From NCBI GenBank assembly GCA_963774265.1, contig CAVZDU010000003.1, forward strand, positions 553,561 through 617,560: a DNA stretch of 64,000 bases, in the 5' to 3' direction. The notes beneath the pieces were generated by a model, which was not told the DNA's origin, made no database searches, and was given only the letters and a program-made list of their open reading frames with translations. Both the position numbers and the translations under genes were made by a program. This DNA comes from an uncultured Chloroflexia bacterium. GTDB lineage: Bacteria; Chloroflexota; Anaerolineae; CG2-30-64-16. Position 1 is the first letter of the stretch. Every line of letters begins with the position of its first letter. Positions 1 to 8,789 of this stretch are shown here, piece by piece.

Positions 1-811
1 TGCTGCACCTGGTTCTGGATGCGGTCTTCCAGCTCCAGCACGTCGAGCTCCTGGCCCAGGATGATGCTCAGCCGTTGCAGCCGGCTCGTTCGCGTCCAGG
101 GTCTCCAGCAGCTCCTGGCGCTGGGCAGCTCCAGGTCGAGGACGTGCGCCAGCAGATCGGCCAGGCTGCCCGGCTCCTTCTCGTTCATGGCGGCCACGTA
201 GGAATCTTCGGGCAGGTTCGGGTTGAGGCCGACGACCTTCTCGAACAGCGCCAGCACGGCGCGCATCAGCGCCTCGCTGGCCATGTCGTGGCGCTCATCC
301 TCGTAGAGGGGGACGCCGCGGACGCGCAGGTACGGTTCGGTCTCGATCAATCTCGACGATGCGGACGCGTTCGATGCCCTGCACCAGCACGGTCGTGCTG
401 CCGTCGGGCATGCGCAGCACGCGGCCGATCTCGACCGCGGTGCCGATGTTGTACAGGTCGGAGAGGTCAGGTTCGGTCACCTCCGGGTTGCGCTGCGCGA
501 CCACCAGCAGCGGGGCATCCATCGCCTCGGCCGCTTCGACGCGCGCGAAGTGCGATCGCGGCCCAGAAAGAGCGGCGTGACCAGGTTCGGGAAGACGACC
601 GTGTCGGGCAGGGCAGCACCGGGTACTCGTTGCCCTCGAGGGTGTCCAGGTCGTGCGGCCGCGAGCGCCGCACCTCGCGTTGCCGTCCCGGTTTGCGCCG
701 CGCCAGCATCTGCAAAAGCGACCAGCCCGGGCTGACATGCGGCCCGTGCTGGTTCAGGTCATCAATATTACCGTCCAAATCAGCCTCTGTACGATCCACG
801 TCGTCACTCAA
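1..811 (-). CDS. lon: Lon protease, N-terminal part (runs off window start; frameshifted)
   Basis: Fragments in different frames: EYPVLP; LLVVAQRNPEVTEPDLSDLYNIGTAVEIGRVLRMPDGSTTVLVQGIERVRI; RLQRLSIILGQELDVLELEDRIQNQVQ. These match the LON N-domain. A TTG start overlapping the folC stop is assumed. Confidence 0.88.
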
Positions 812-2229
812 TCCGGTACGACCTCGCCGGCAGTTTCGTCCTGCCAAACCCAATCATCCGCGGCGAACGCCTCGGGATGTCGCTCGGCCCATTCACGGCG
901 CGCCTGCGCGACGACGAAGATGGAGCCGGTGATGCAGACCAAATCATGGGGTTCCGCCCAGGCCAGGGCTTCACGCAGCGCGCTGCTCAGGTTCGGCTGC
1001 ACGCTGATCGGCATCTGCGTGCTGAGCCGGCGCACCAGGTCGGCAAGCTGCGCCGGCTCAGCGGAGCGCGGGTGGCCGCTCTTCGTGACGATCACCTTGT
1101 CGGCGGGCAGATAGCCCGCGACGGCGGACCCATCGAGAAACTGGCGCAGCATGCCGTCAATGTCCTTGTCCGACGACGCGCCGAACACCAGGCAGAGCTG
1201 GCGGCGGGGCGGCCGCGGGAAGTAGTCGGCCAGCGCTGAGCGCAGCTTGAGTGCGGAGTTCTCATTGTGCGCGCTGTCCACCACCAGCACCGGCTCGTGG
1301 TTCAGCAGTTCGAAGCGGCCAGGCCAACGCGCGTTGAGCAGGCCCGCACGGATGGCAGGCTCGCTGATGGCCACCCCTCTATCGCGCAATTGCTGAAGAA
1401 TGGCGACCGCGGTGGTCGCGTTGTCCGACTGATGCCGTCCCAGCAGCGGGATGCGCAGATCGACGAAGGTGGGATCGCCGCCGGGTCCGCGGATCGTGAG
1501 CGTCTGGCCGGACAGGTCGAAGCCGTCCCTTTCCATCATCCAGTCGCTGCCGACCACGGTGAGCTTCGCGCGCGTGTCATGACAGACGCGCTGGATCACG
1601 GCCATGGCCTCGGGTTCCTGCGGTGCGCTGACCACAGGCACGCCATGCTTGATGATGCCGGCCTTCTCGAAGGCGATCAGCGACAGCGTGTGTCCGAGCA
1701 GCTCGACGTGGTCGTAGCTGAGCGACGTGATGGCGCAGACCGCGGGGTGGACGACGTTGGTCGCATCGAGCCGGCCGCCCAGGCCCACCTCGACGACCGC
1801 CCATTCGACGCCCTGCTCCGCGAAATGCTTGAAAGCCATGGCGGTCATCACTTCGAACGCGGTGATGCCGTCAACGGCTTCCAGCGCGGGACGGCAGCGG
1901 TCGAGCAGGTCCACCAGGTCAGCCTTGCTCATCAGCTGGCTGCCGACGCGGATGCGCTCCCGGAACGAGTGCAGGTGGGGCGAGGTGAACAGGCCCGTGC
2001 GGTAGCCCGCAGTGCGCAGCACAGACTCGACCATGGCCGAGGTGGACCCCTTGCCCTTGGTGCCCGCGATATGCACCGAACGGAACCGGTCGTGGGGCCG
2101 GCCGAGCAGGTCGAGCACGCGCTCCATGCGGCTCAGATCGAAGGTGGCGGCGTCGTATGGGTAACGGGCTTTCTTCTCGTAGTTGACGTAGCCGAAGATG
2201 TAATCGAGGGCATCCTGATAGCGGCCCAT
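808..2229 (-). CDS. folC: Folylpolyglutamate synthase/dihydrofolate synthase
   Basis: Motifs HIAGTKGKGSTS, GLFTSPHL, EVGLGGRLDATNV, WPGRFE, DSAHN and ITGSIFVV. Confidence 0.96.
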   Translation of the reverse strand: MGRYQDALDYIFGYVNYEKKARYPYDAATFDLSRMERVLDLLGRPHDRFRSVHIAGTKGKGSTSAMVESVLRTAGYRTGLFTSPHLHSFRERIRVGSQLMSKADLVDLLDRCRPALEAVDGITAFEVMTAMAFKHFAEQGVEWAVVEVGLGGRLDATNVVHPAVCAITSLSYDHVELLGHTLSLIAFEKAGIIKHGVPVVSAPQEPEAMAVIQRVCHDTRAKLTVVGSDWMMERDGFDLSGQTLTIRGPGGDPTFVDLRIPLLGRHQSDNATTAVAILQQLRDRGVAISEPAIRAGLLNARWPGRFELLNHEPVLVVDSAHNENSALKLRSALADYFPRPPRRQLCLVFGASSDKDIDGMLRQFLDGSAVAGYLPADKVIVTKSGHPRSAEPAQLADLVRRLSTQMPISVQPNLSSALREALAWAEPHDLVCITGSIFVVAQARREWAERHPEAFAADDWVWQDETAGEVVPD

Positions 2230-2313
2230 GCAAGGCTCCGATGAAAGGATCAGATTAAGATTACATCTATCTTAACGCAGAAGACGCAAATCTCAAAGAG
2301 GGGAACGTTCTGC

Positions 2314-3060
2314 CTAAGACAATTTGATCTCCGTCACCCATTTCACCCAGGCGCTCCCCGCCTTTCCTGGAAAGACGGCACGTAACGGGAAACCGTGCGA
2401 GGCAGGCAGCGGCTCGCCTTCCCACTCGTAGGCCAGGAAGTTACCCTCGGCTTGCGCGTCTGCCAGCGAGAAAGGGTGCTCATAGCCTTCAATGCTGGTC
2501 AGGGTTACGAGTGCCGCATGTTGCTGAGGACCTGCCAGCGCGATCACAGTCGCCAGGGTCGTCCCGGCCAGGTTGGACTCGTCCACGAAAAAGCCCGGGC
2601 AGTCCAGCGTGACCCTGGCCCCGACCTTGGGCAGACAGCGCAGTTCGCCATAGGTCAGGCTGAGCGGTTGCTGGGTTAGCCCGCTCACTGTCAGCCGGTA
2701 GCTAGCCAGGTCCACCGTCTGGGCCGGTCCGACCACGTGGAGGCCGGTCTCTGGCTCCTGCTGGGCGTAGCCGGGATATGGCAGCGGTGTGGGCGGCACG
2801 ACGGTGGGCAGGCTGCGAGCACAGGCGCCGCTCGGCCAGAGCGGCGCCCTGGGCGTGCCCGACGCGCTGCTGGCTCCCTGGTCGTTGGCCGGCGAGGGCA
2901 GGGGGCTAACCAGGGGCGCCGGTGGCGGCGCTGTGCAGGCGGCCAGGCTCACCACCGCCTGGAGAGTCGTGACAAGGAAGGACCGGCGACTCAAAACCAT
3001 GAGCCGCGGCCTTCCTTGGGAGTTGCGACCGCCGGAGAATCCTGGTATCCAGTAAGCCAT
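2314..3060 (-). CDS. Molybdopterin-dependent oxidoreductase (sulfite oxidase/MsrP-like), probable Tat lipoprotein
   Basis: SRRSFL twin-arginine signal, LAAC lipobox, TLDCPG Mo-ligating Cys, and GEPLPASHGFPLRAVFPG..WVKWV. ATG at 3060 has a GGAGG RBS; alternative start at 3000. Confidence 0.85.
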   Translation of the reverse strand: MAYWIPGFSGGRNSQGRPRLMVLSRRSFLVTTLQAVVSLAACTAPPPAPLVSPLPSPANDQGASSASGTPRAPLWPSGACARSLPTVVPPTPLPYPGYAQQEPETGLHVVGPAQTVDLASYRLTVSGLTQQPLSLTYGELRCLPKVGARVTLDCPGFFVDESNLAGTTLATVIALAGPQQHAALVTLTSIEGYEHPFSLADAQAEGNFLAYEWEGEPLPASHGFPLRAVFPGKAGSAWVKWVTEIKLS

Positions 3061-3138
3061 GAGGGCCTCCCAGCAGAGCACTGTCACGCAAAGCTAATCA
3101 GCTACGACACGATGAAGATGCGGTTGCGTTCCCGTTTA

Positions 3139-3180
3139 CAAAATGGCCTCTACCAGGGCTGATCTGTTGGTAGAGGCCAT
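3139..3180 (-). terminator. Intrinsic terminator-like hairpin
   Basis: 13-bp perfect stem ATGGCCTCTACCA/TGGTAGAGGCCAT followed by T-run on the minus strand. Confidence 0.65.
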
Positions 3181-3207
3181 CTATCAGGGTCAGCCTCAAG
3201 CAATTTC

Positions 3208-3236
3208 AGTATAACGCTCTGGCAGGTCCGGGTCAA
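3208..3236 (-). promoter_or_regulatory. Sigma70-type promoter
   Basis: TTGACC-N17-TATACT on the minus strand. Confidence 0.6.
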
Positions 3237-3260
3237 CGGTTTAGCGCACTTCAGGGCCGC

Positions 3261-4505
3261 TTAGTTCACAAGCAGCGCAGTCGAGTACATGATGGCCAGC
3301 CCGGCCACGAACCCGCCGACATTTGCCCATGAGGTTATGGAGTCACCCTCCCGTCCGGCGTACCCCTGCAGCAGCGAGGTCACTTCCACAATGACCTGCC
3401 AGATGGCTCCCACACCCATCCCCAGGAACAAGCATGCCAGCAATGGCGAGTAGGCGAACCCGCCAATCCAGGCGCCAAGGATGGCCGGTGAGCCGGCCAG
3501 CAAGGCGAGTCCCACGAACGCCGGAAGACCGGGATCCTCCCGGCCGGCGGCGGACGCGCTGGCTCCCTGCTTCCCATGCGCCATCGGCGCTGCGATGCCG
3601 ATTCCTTCGGTGATATTGTGCAGCGTGAAGCCGATTACCAGGAAAGACCCCAGCGCCGCTTCACCGAGGGCAAAGGCCGCGCCGATTGCCAGGCCCTCGC
3701 CGAGGTTGTGCAGGCCGATGCTGAAGGCGATCAAGGCGGCCAGCGAAAGGCCGCGACGCCCGGCCGGCTGCGCGCCCGGTCCGCGGCGCGGCTGAGCACG
3801 GAGCGCCAGCAGCACCAGCCAGGTCAGCAGGGCGGCAAAGAGCACCAGCGGTATCCCCTGGAATGCACCAGGGAGCAAGGCGGCCACCTCGAACGCTTCC
3901 AGGAGCGTGTCGATCAACAGGAACACCAGCAGCCCCAGGGTCAGGCTGAGCACCGCGCCGAGCGCCTTGCGGCCCATCCGCTTCATGACGGGAAACCAGA
4001 GCAGCCCCAGTCCGACCGGCACGATGCCAACGTAGACGCCGAGCAGGCCGTAGGCCGCAAACTGGGCCAGGCCCGGCCGGGGGGTCGGTGTGGCAATGCT
4101 GACCACACCGTCGAACGTGACGCCCGTTGAGGTGACGATGCGGATCACGTTTGGCTCAGCTTCCACCCACGGATAGGGGATGGAGAGCACCGCTCGTCCC
4201 AGGCGGGGAATCGTCGCGGACGGGGAGGCGCGGAACTGCCAGTACGCATCGTCCACCATCACTTGCGCCACCGTGACAGGGTCCGGCCCGCCGTTGATGA
4301 GCCCTGCCTCGAACCCGGACGGCGTGACCGCGATGCGCTCGAAGGTGAGGTTTTCGATGGGCGGTAGGCTGGCCCGAAAGATGGCCAGCGGATTGCCGAA
4401 GGCAAAGACCGCCAACATCAATGCCAATGCCACCAGCGGAATGAGGCCTGACACCCATAGTGGCAGCCTCCCAGCGGTGGTCATTTCTCGTTCTGTAGTC
4501 GTCAT
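3261..4505 (-). CDS. ZIP (ZupT/GufA-like) metal transporter with extra N-terminal extracytoplasmic domain
   Basis: LHNLGEGLAIG and LHNITEGIGI ZIP metal-site motifs, multiple TM helices, and RBS GAGG before ATG 4505. Confidence 0.9.
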   Translation of the reverse strand: MTTTEREMTTAGRLPLWVSGLIPLVALALMLAVFAFGNPLAIFRASLPPIENLTFERIAVTPSGFEAGLINGGPDPVTVAQVMVDDAYWQFRASPSATIPRLGRAVLSIPYPWVEAEPNVIRIVTSTGVTFDGVVSIATPTPRPGLAQFAAYGLLGVYVGIVPVGLGLLWFPVMKRMGRKALGAVLSLTLGLLVFLLIDTLLEAFEVAALLPGAFQGIPLVLFAALLTWLVLLALRAQPRRGPGAQPAGRRGLSLAALIAFSIGLHNLGEGLAIGAAFALGEAALGSFLVIGFTLHNITEGIGIAAPMAHGKQGASASAAGREDPGLPAFVGLALLAGSPAILGAWIGGFAYSPLLACLFLGMGVGAIWQVIVEVTSLLQGYAGREGDSITSWANVGGFVAGLAIMYSTALLVN

Positions 4506-4521
4506 CGTGCCACCTCTGTCC

Positions 4522-5565
4522 TCAATCTGGCGATGCCGTCTCGTCGGCCGATGCCTCGAAAAAGCCCATCCAACCCAACTCCGCCAGCTCGCTCTGGTGC
4601 GCGTGGAACATGTATTGGCCGGGGTACTCGAGGGAGAATTCCAACACATGGCGTTCGCCCTGTCCCATGATCACGTTATCGGTCAACTCGTACCGCTCCA
4701 GGTCCGTTCCCGTACGGTAGAGCCGATACATGCCCGCATGCAGATGGAACGAATTGACAGGGTCGAACTCGGTCGCATTGACCAAATAAACCCGAATTGG
4801 CTCGCCCACCTTGACCTGGATTGGATGCTTCGCGTAGTGAAACGCCACGGTGTTGACGGCGTAGATTTCGTTTTCGTTGTCGAAATTGGTGTCGAAGGCG
4901 TTCATCACCATCACCATTTCACGGGCCGGCGGTCGGCCCCCTGGCGGGTCGATGATGAACGCGCCGTACAGACCCTTGTGGATGTGCCGCTTCAGGGGCA
5001 TCACGTGGCAGTGATACAGTTGCAGCCCGAACGGCTTGGCCTCGAACTCGTAAACGAAGTCGCCGCCGGTCGGCACCACAGGCGTCACGCCGTCCATGCT
5101 CGGTGGATGGATGCCGTGGAAGTGGATGGTGTGCGGCATGGATGAGGCGTTGTGGAAGCGGAAGCGCAACCAGTCGCCTTGCCGGCATCGGAAGGTGGGA
5201 CCCGGCACCTGGCCGTTATAGGTCCAGGCGGGGAAGAACACGCCCGGCGCAACCTCGATCTCCTTATCGGCCGCGTACACGTCCCATTCACGGACCGTCC
5301 GTCCATCAGACGCAATGCTCTCCCGGCCCCAATCGAATTCAGTCAGGAACCTGGTCGGATCGAAATCGGACAGGTTGACCTCGCCAACCAGCCCGCTATT
5401 TTCTCCATGGACCATGGCCGGAGCAGGGGCGTCAGCGGTCGCGCCATCATGGCCGGCCGTGGGCGCATGTCCCTGCGCGGCAGCGCCGCCGGCCGTCAAC
5501 AGCGTGGCCGCGCCGGCCGTCAGAAATGCTCGTCTGCTCAGTCGAGCAGTCGTTTGAGAATCCAT
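4522..5565 (-). CDS. Two-domain multicopper oxidase, Tat-exported
   Basis: SRRAFL signal; copper motifs HTIHFH, YHCHVMPLKRHIHKGL, SFHLH and FHAH; 347 aa. Confidence 0.92.
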   Translation of the reverse strand: MDSQTTARLSRRAFLTAGAATLLTAGGAAAQGHAPTAGHDGATADAPAPAMVHGENSGLVGEVNLSDFDPTRFLTEFDWGRESIASDGRTVREWDVYAADKEIEVAPGVFFPAWTYNGQVPGPTFRCRQGDWLRFRFHNASSMPHTIHFHGIHPPSMDGVTPVVPTGGDFVYEFEAKPFGLQLYHCHVMPLKRHIHKGLYGAFIIDPPGGRPPAREMVMVMNAFDTNFDNENEIYAVNTVAFHYAKHPIQVKVGEPIRVYLVNATEFDPVNSFHLHAGMYRLYRTGTDLERYELTDNVIMGQGERHVLEFSLEYPGQYMFHAHQSELAELGWMGFFEASADETASPD

Positions 5566-5575
5566 TTCAACACCT

Positions 5576-6280
5576 CTATACCTCTCGCAGGGTCAATTCA
5601 CCGGCTGTCTGGTCCAGTACAACGAAAACCTGATCCGTAATGCCTGGTCCCAGGGCATGCACCCCGGCGGGCTCCGCTACCCGCACCAGGAGTGGTCCCT
5701 GAAAGGGCACGCGCTCCGTGACTTCCACATGTGCTCCCAGCACCAGCCCAAGGTCGTTCAAGTAACGCAGGAGCGCAGGATCATCATCCAGCACCCGCCT
5801 CACCTCCGCGGGTCGACCGGGCGGCAGGTCGGTCAGGGGGATGTCATGCAGCGCCTCCATGGCGCCATCGCGGCCGGGGATGGGTGACCCATGCGGATCG
5901 CGCGCCGGTTCACCCAGGTAGCGTGCGATGTCATCCACCAACTCCTCGGAGATCGCGTGTTCCAGCCGGTGCGCCTCCGCGTGCACCCTGTCCCAGGAAT
6001 ACCCAAGCGCTGCGGTGAGGAAGCTCTCGATGAGGCGGTGGTGGCGGACAACCTCGAGTGCGGCCCTTTCCCCGGCCTCGGTCAGGCGGGCGCCCCGGTA
6101 AAGCTCGTGCACCACCAGGGGGGGATCCATGACGGACAGCTTCTTGAGCATGGCCGTGACCGATGCGGGCGCGAGTTCCAGGACGTGTGCGAGTTTTGTG
6201 GTGGATGCCCACTCCTGCCCCCCCTCGCACACGAGCTCGTACAGCGCCTTCAGATAGTCCTGCACCGACTGGGATGTCAT
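5576..6280 (-). CDS. DtxR/MntR family metal-dependent repressor with C-terminal FeoA/SH3 domain
   Basis: SVQDYLKALY, SVTAMLKKL, VRHHRLIESFL, HAEAHRLEH, DPHGSPIP and LLRYLNDLGL. Confidence 0.94.
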   Translation of the reverse strand: MTSQSVQDYLKALYELVCEGGQEWASTTKLAHVLELAPASVTAMLKKLSVMDPPLVVHELYRGARLTEAGERAALEVVRHHRLIESFLTAALGYSWDRVHAEAHRLEHAISEELVDDIARYLGEPARDPHGSPIPGRDGAMEALHDIPLTDLPPGRPAEVRRVLDDDPALLRYLNDLGLVLGAHVEVTERVPFQGPLLVRVAEPAGVHALGPGITDQVFVVLDQTAGELTLREV

Positions 6281-6298
6281 TTTGCTTCTCTCAAGTGT

Positions 6299-6348
6299 AA
6301 TTTTTGTATAACTAAATTTAGTATATAGCGAGACGAAAGATTTGTCAA
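6299..6348 (-). promoter_or_regulatory. Sigma70 promoter with adjoining AT-rich palindromic operator (candidate DtxR/MntR box)
   Basis: TTGACA (6343-6348)-N17-TATACT (6320-6325). Palindrome ACTAAATTTAGT and the imperfect dyad AATTTAGTTATACAAAAATT lie over the -10/+1 region. Confidence 0.8.
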
Positions 6349-6366
6349 GGGCCAACATTCAAAATC

Positions 6367-7308
6367 TCAGCATCTATTGAGGACGTAGGGGAGCCTGTCG
6401 AGCCAACGATTGCGTCCTAAGTAAGTGGGCAGATCAGGGATCTTTCCGGCCACGCGGGCGCGCGCCAGCACCCGCGCGGCGGCTTTCACCAGGGGCATGT
6501 CGATCATCTTGCCATCCAGGCTGAACGCGCCGCGGCCAGCCAGCTGGTGCTCTCGCATGGCATTCATGACGCGGAGCGCGTGGCTTACAGCCGCATCGTC
6601 CGGCGTGAACGCGGCCTGCACCGGGTCGATTTGATTCGGGTGGATGACCTGTTTCCCCGCGTAACCCATCTGGCTGGCCTGCATGGCCTCCGCGACCAAT
6701 CCTTCGGTATCGTGGTAATCAATGTACACCATATCGATGGCCTGCAGGCCGAACGCGGCCGCGTGGGTGACCACCGCGCTGCGCGCGTAGAACACTTCCC
6801 AGGCCGCAGGCGTGCGGATCGCGCCGATGTCGCCCGCCAGGTCTTCTGCGCCGAAGATCAGCGCTTGGAGACGGGGGTCAGCGCTCGCGATCTCCCTCAA
6901 GTTAACGATGCCGGCAGCAGTTTCGACCATGACGATGAGGATGATCCCGCCGGCGGGCCAGCCGTTCGCCCGCTCAGCGGACGTGATGCGGTCGCTTGCC
7001 CAGCGGATCGCATCAGCGTCCTCCACTTTGGGGATCACGATCCCATCGGGCCGCACCGTCAACCCCGCCCGAATGTCGTCTGCCTCCAATCCTGATCCCA
7101 CAGGGTTGATGCGCACCAGCCGCTCGGCGCGGCCGAAGCTTAACTCTCGGAGCGTCGCGGGGATGGTGGCGCGCGCCTCAGCCTTCCGGCTCAGCGCGAC
7201 ACCGTCTTCCATATCGAGACATACGCAATCCACATCCAAGGTGGTTGCCTTCCGAATCTTCCGCTCATCATCGCCCGGCATGTAGAGCAGGGCTCGTCGC
7301 GCGCGCAT
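6367..7308 (-). CDS. CitE/malyl-CoA-lyase-like CoA ester lyase (HpcH/HpaI family)
   Basis: RALLYMPG, CLDMEDGV, LVRIN, IVIPKVE, FGAEDL, GKQVIHPNQI and GKMIDMP. Confidence 0.92.
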   Translation of the reverse strand: MRARRALLYMPGDDERKIRKATTLDVDCVCLDMEDGVALSRKAEARATIPATLRELSFGRAERLVRINPVGSGLEADDIRAGLTVRPDGIVIPKVEDADAIRWASDRITSAERANGWPAGGIILIVMVETAAGIVNLREIASADPRLQALIFGAEDLAGDIGAIRTPAAWEVFYARSAVVTHAAAFGLQAIDMVYIDYHDTEGLVAEAMQASQMGYAGKQVIHPNQIDPVQAAFTPDDAAVSHALRVMNAMREHQLAGRGAFSLDGKMIDMPLVKAAARVLARARVAGKIPDLPTYLGRNRWLDRLPYVLNRC

Positions 7309-7326
7309 CAGTCCTCCGGCATTTCA

Positions 7327-8767
7327 TCACTCGCCCAGGATTTGGAATCGCGAGCGGATGGCTGCGTCCACTTCCGGCGCGAGCCCTGTTCCCGTAGAGC
7401 CGGCCAACAACCGGGCGACGCGAGCCGCGGCCCGCTGGCGTGTCTCCTGTCGCCCCGCGTCCTCCCATGCCGTCCGGTTGCGCCGATCCGACACACAGGG
7501 TTGGTAGTACTCCGAGCGCATGTATTGTAGGGTCAGCGGATCGGTCAGGTAGTGGCCGCCCGGCCCGACACGGTCGATCGCCTCCACCGCCAGGGTGTCG
7601 GAGGTCAGCTCGATGCCGCGCAGCGTCCGCATGGCCATCCCCACAATTTCGTCATCGATCACCGCCTGCTCCAGCGAGGCGGTGCTCATGTTGTTGATCA
7701 TCCCGATGGCGTGGTGGATGTAGTCGGCGCCGCTCATAGCAGCCAGCAGGAAAGTGGCCATCTTCTCGTAGCCCGCCTGCGCGTCCGGCACCTTGGCATC
7801 GGTCATCCCGCCGGAGCAGTAGATGGGCGTTCGGTAGAAATGTGCTAATTGCGCGGCAGCCGCCTGCATGATCCCGAACTCCACCGCGCCGCCCAGGTAG
7901 CCACCGCTGCGCATGTCCGCCACACCCGGGATGTAACCGGCGAGTACGGGCGTGCCCGGCCGCACCAGCTGCGTGAGCACGATGCCGCTCAATTGCTCGG
8001 CGTTGAGCTGGGTCAACGTCCCGGCCAGGGTCACCGGTGAAGTGGAACCCGCCATGGGCGCGGATGAGAGCGCAAGCGGGAGCCCCTGTTGGCACCATGT
8101 CAGCAGGATGTCGGTCACCGATGTATCGAGATGCAGCGGGCTGACCATCCAGCACGCGATGGCCGACACGATGGGCCGGGCCTGCAGCGCCTCCAGCGAG
8201 CCGGCGATGAGCGTCGCCAGCTCGATCACCTGGCGCGCACCTACCGCCGAGTCCACGCCACCCATCACGTGCTTCGTTGTGTGGGTCAAACACGTGTGGA
8301 AGCGATTCACCGGGACATGCTCCGCCGGGATATCAGTCGGATAGATTGGCATCACCACGAAGTCGCAGTTCGGCAGTTTGTCGACCAGGGCAACCATTTG
8401 CCGTAGATCGGCCAACGTGGCGGGCCGCACGCTGGTCGCACCCAAATCGAGCACCGCGGTCGGCGACCCGCCGGTGCCGGCGTAGACTCTTTTGTCTTCG
8501 AGCACGATGTCGTTGGCCGGATCGCGGCCGGCAAGGAGGACGCGCGACGGTGCGAGCGCGAGGGCCTTTTCCACCATTTGTTCGGAGATGTAGACCCGCG
8601 CGCCATCAATACCGCGCGCCGCCCTGCCGAAACAGGTCACGGGCGGTTTCGTGCTCCACGTGCACCCCCGTGCGTTCCAGCACCCGCATCGAAGCCTCGT
8701 GCACCTGCCGGATTTGTTCTTGGGTGAGTGGGCAATACTGCCCGCCCATCGGGCCTGGCCTTGGCAT
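7327..8767 (-). CDS. MttB-superfamily methyltransferase #1 (no pyrrolysine; frameshift near 8610)
   Basis: IHEAS-type N-terminus, SPLHLD, MAGSTSPVTLAG, TDAKVPDAQAGYEK and VGPGGHYL. Confidence 0.9.
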
Positions 8768-8789
8768 GACTTCTCCTTTGGGCTTGGCC

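Noticed and set aside
2255-2275. TTAAGAT-N7-ATCTTAA dyad upstream of folC
   Set aside because: A single 7-bp dyad with no cognate regulator or second copy; cannot be supported as an operator.
8595-8620. TGA in mttB #1 as possible selenocysteine or stop readthrough
   Set aside because: Homology continues in another frame (GARIDGARV after removing one base), so it is a 1-bp insertion and not recoding.
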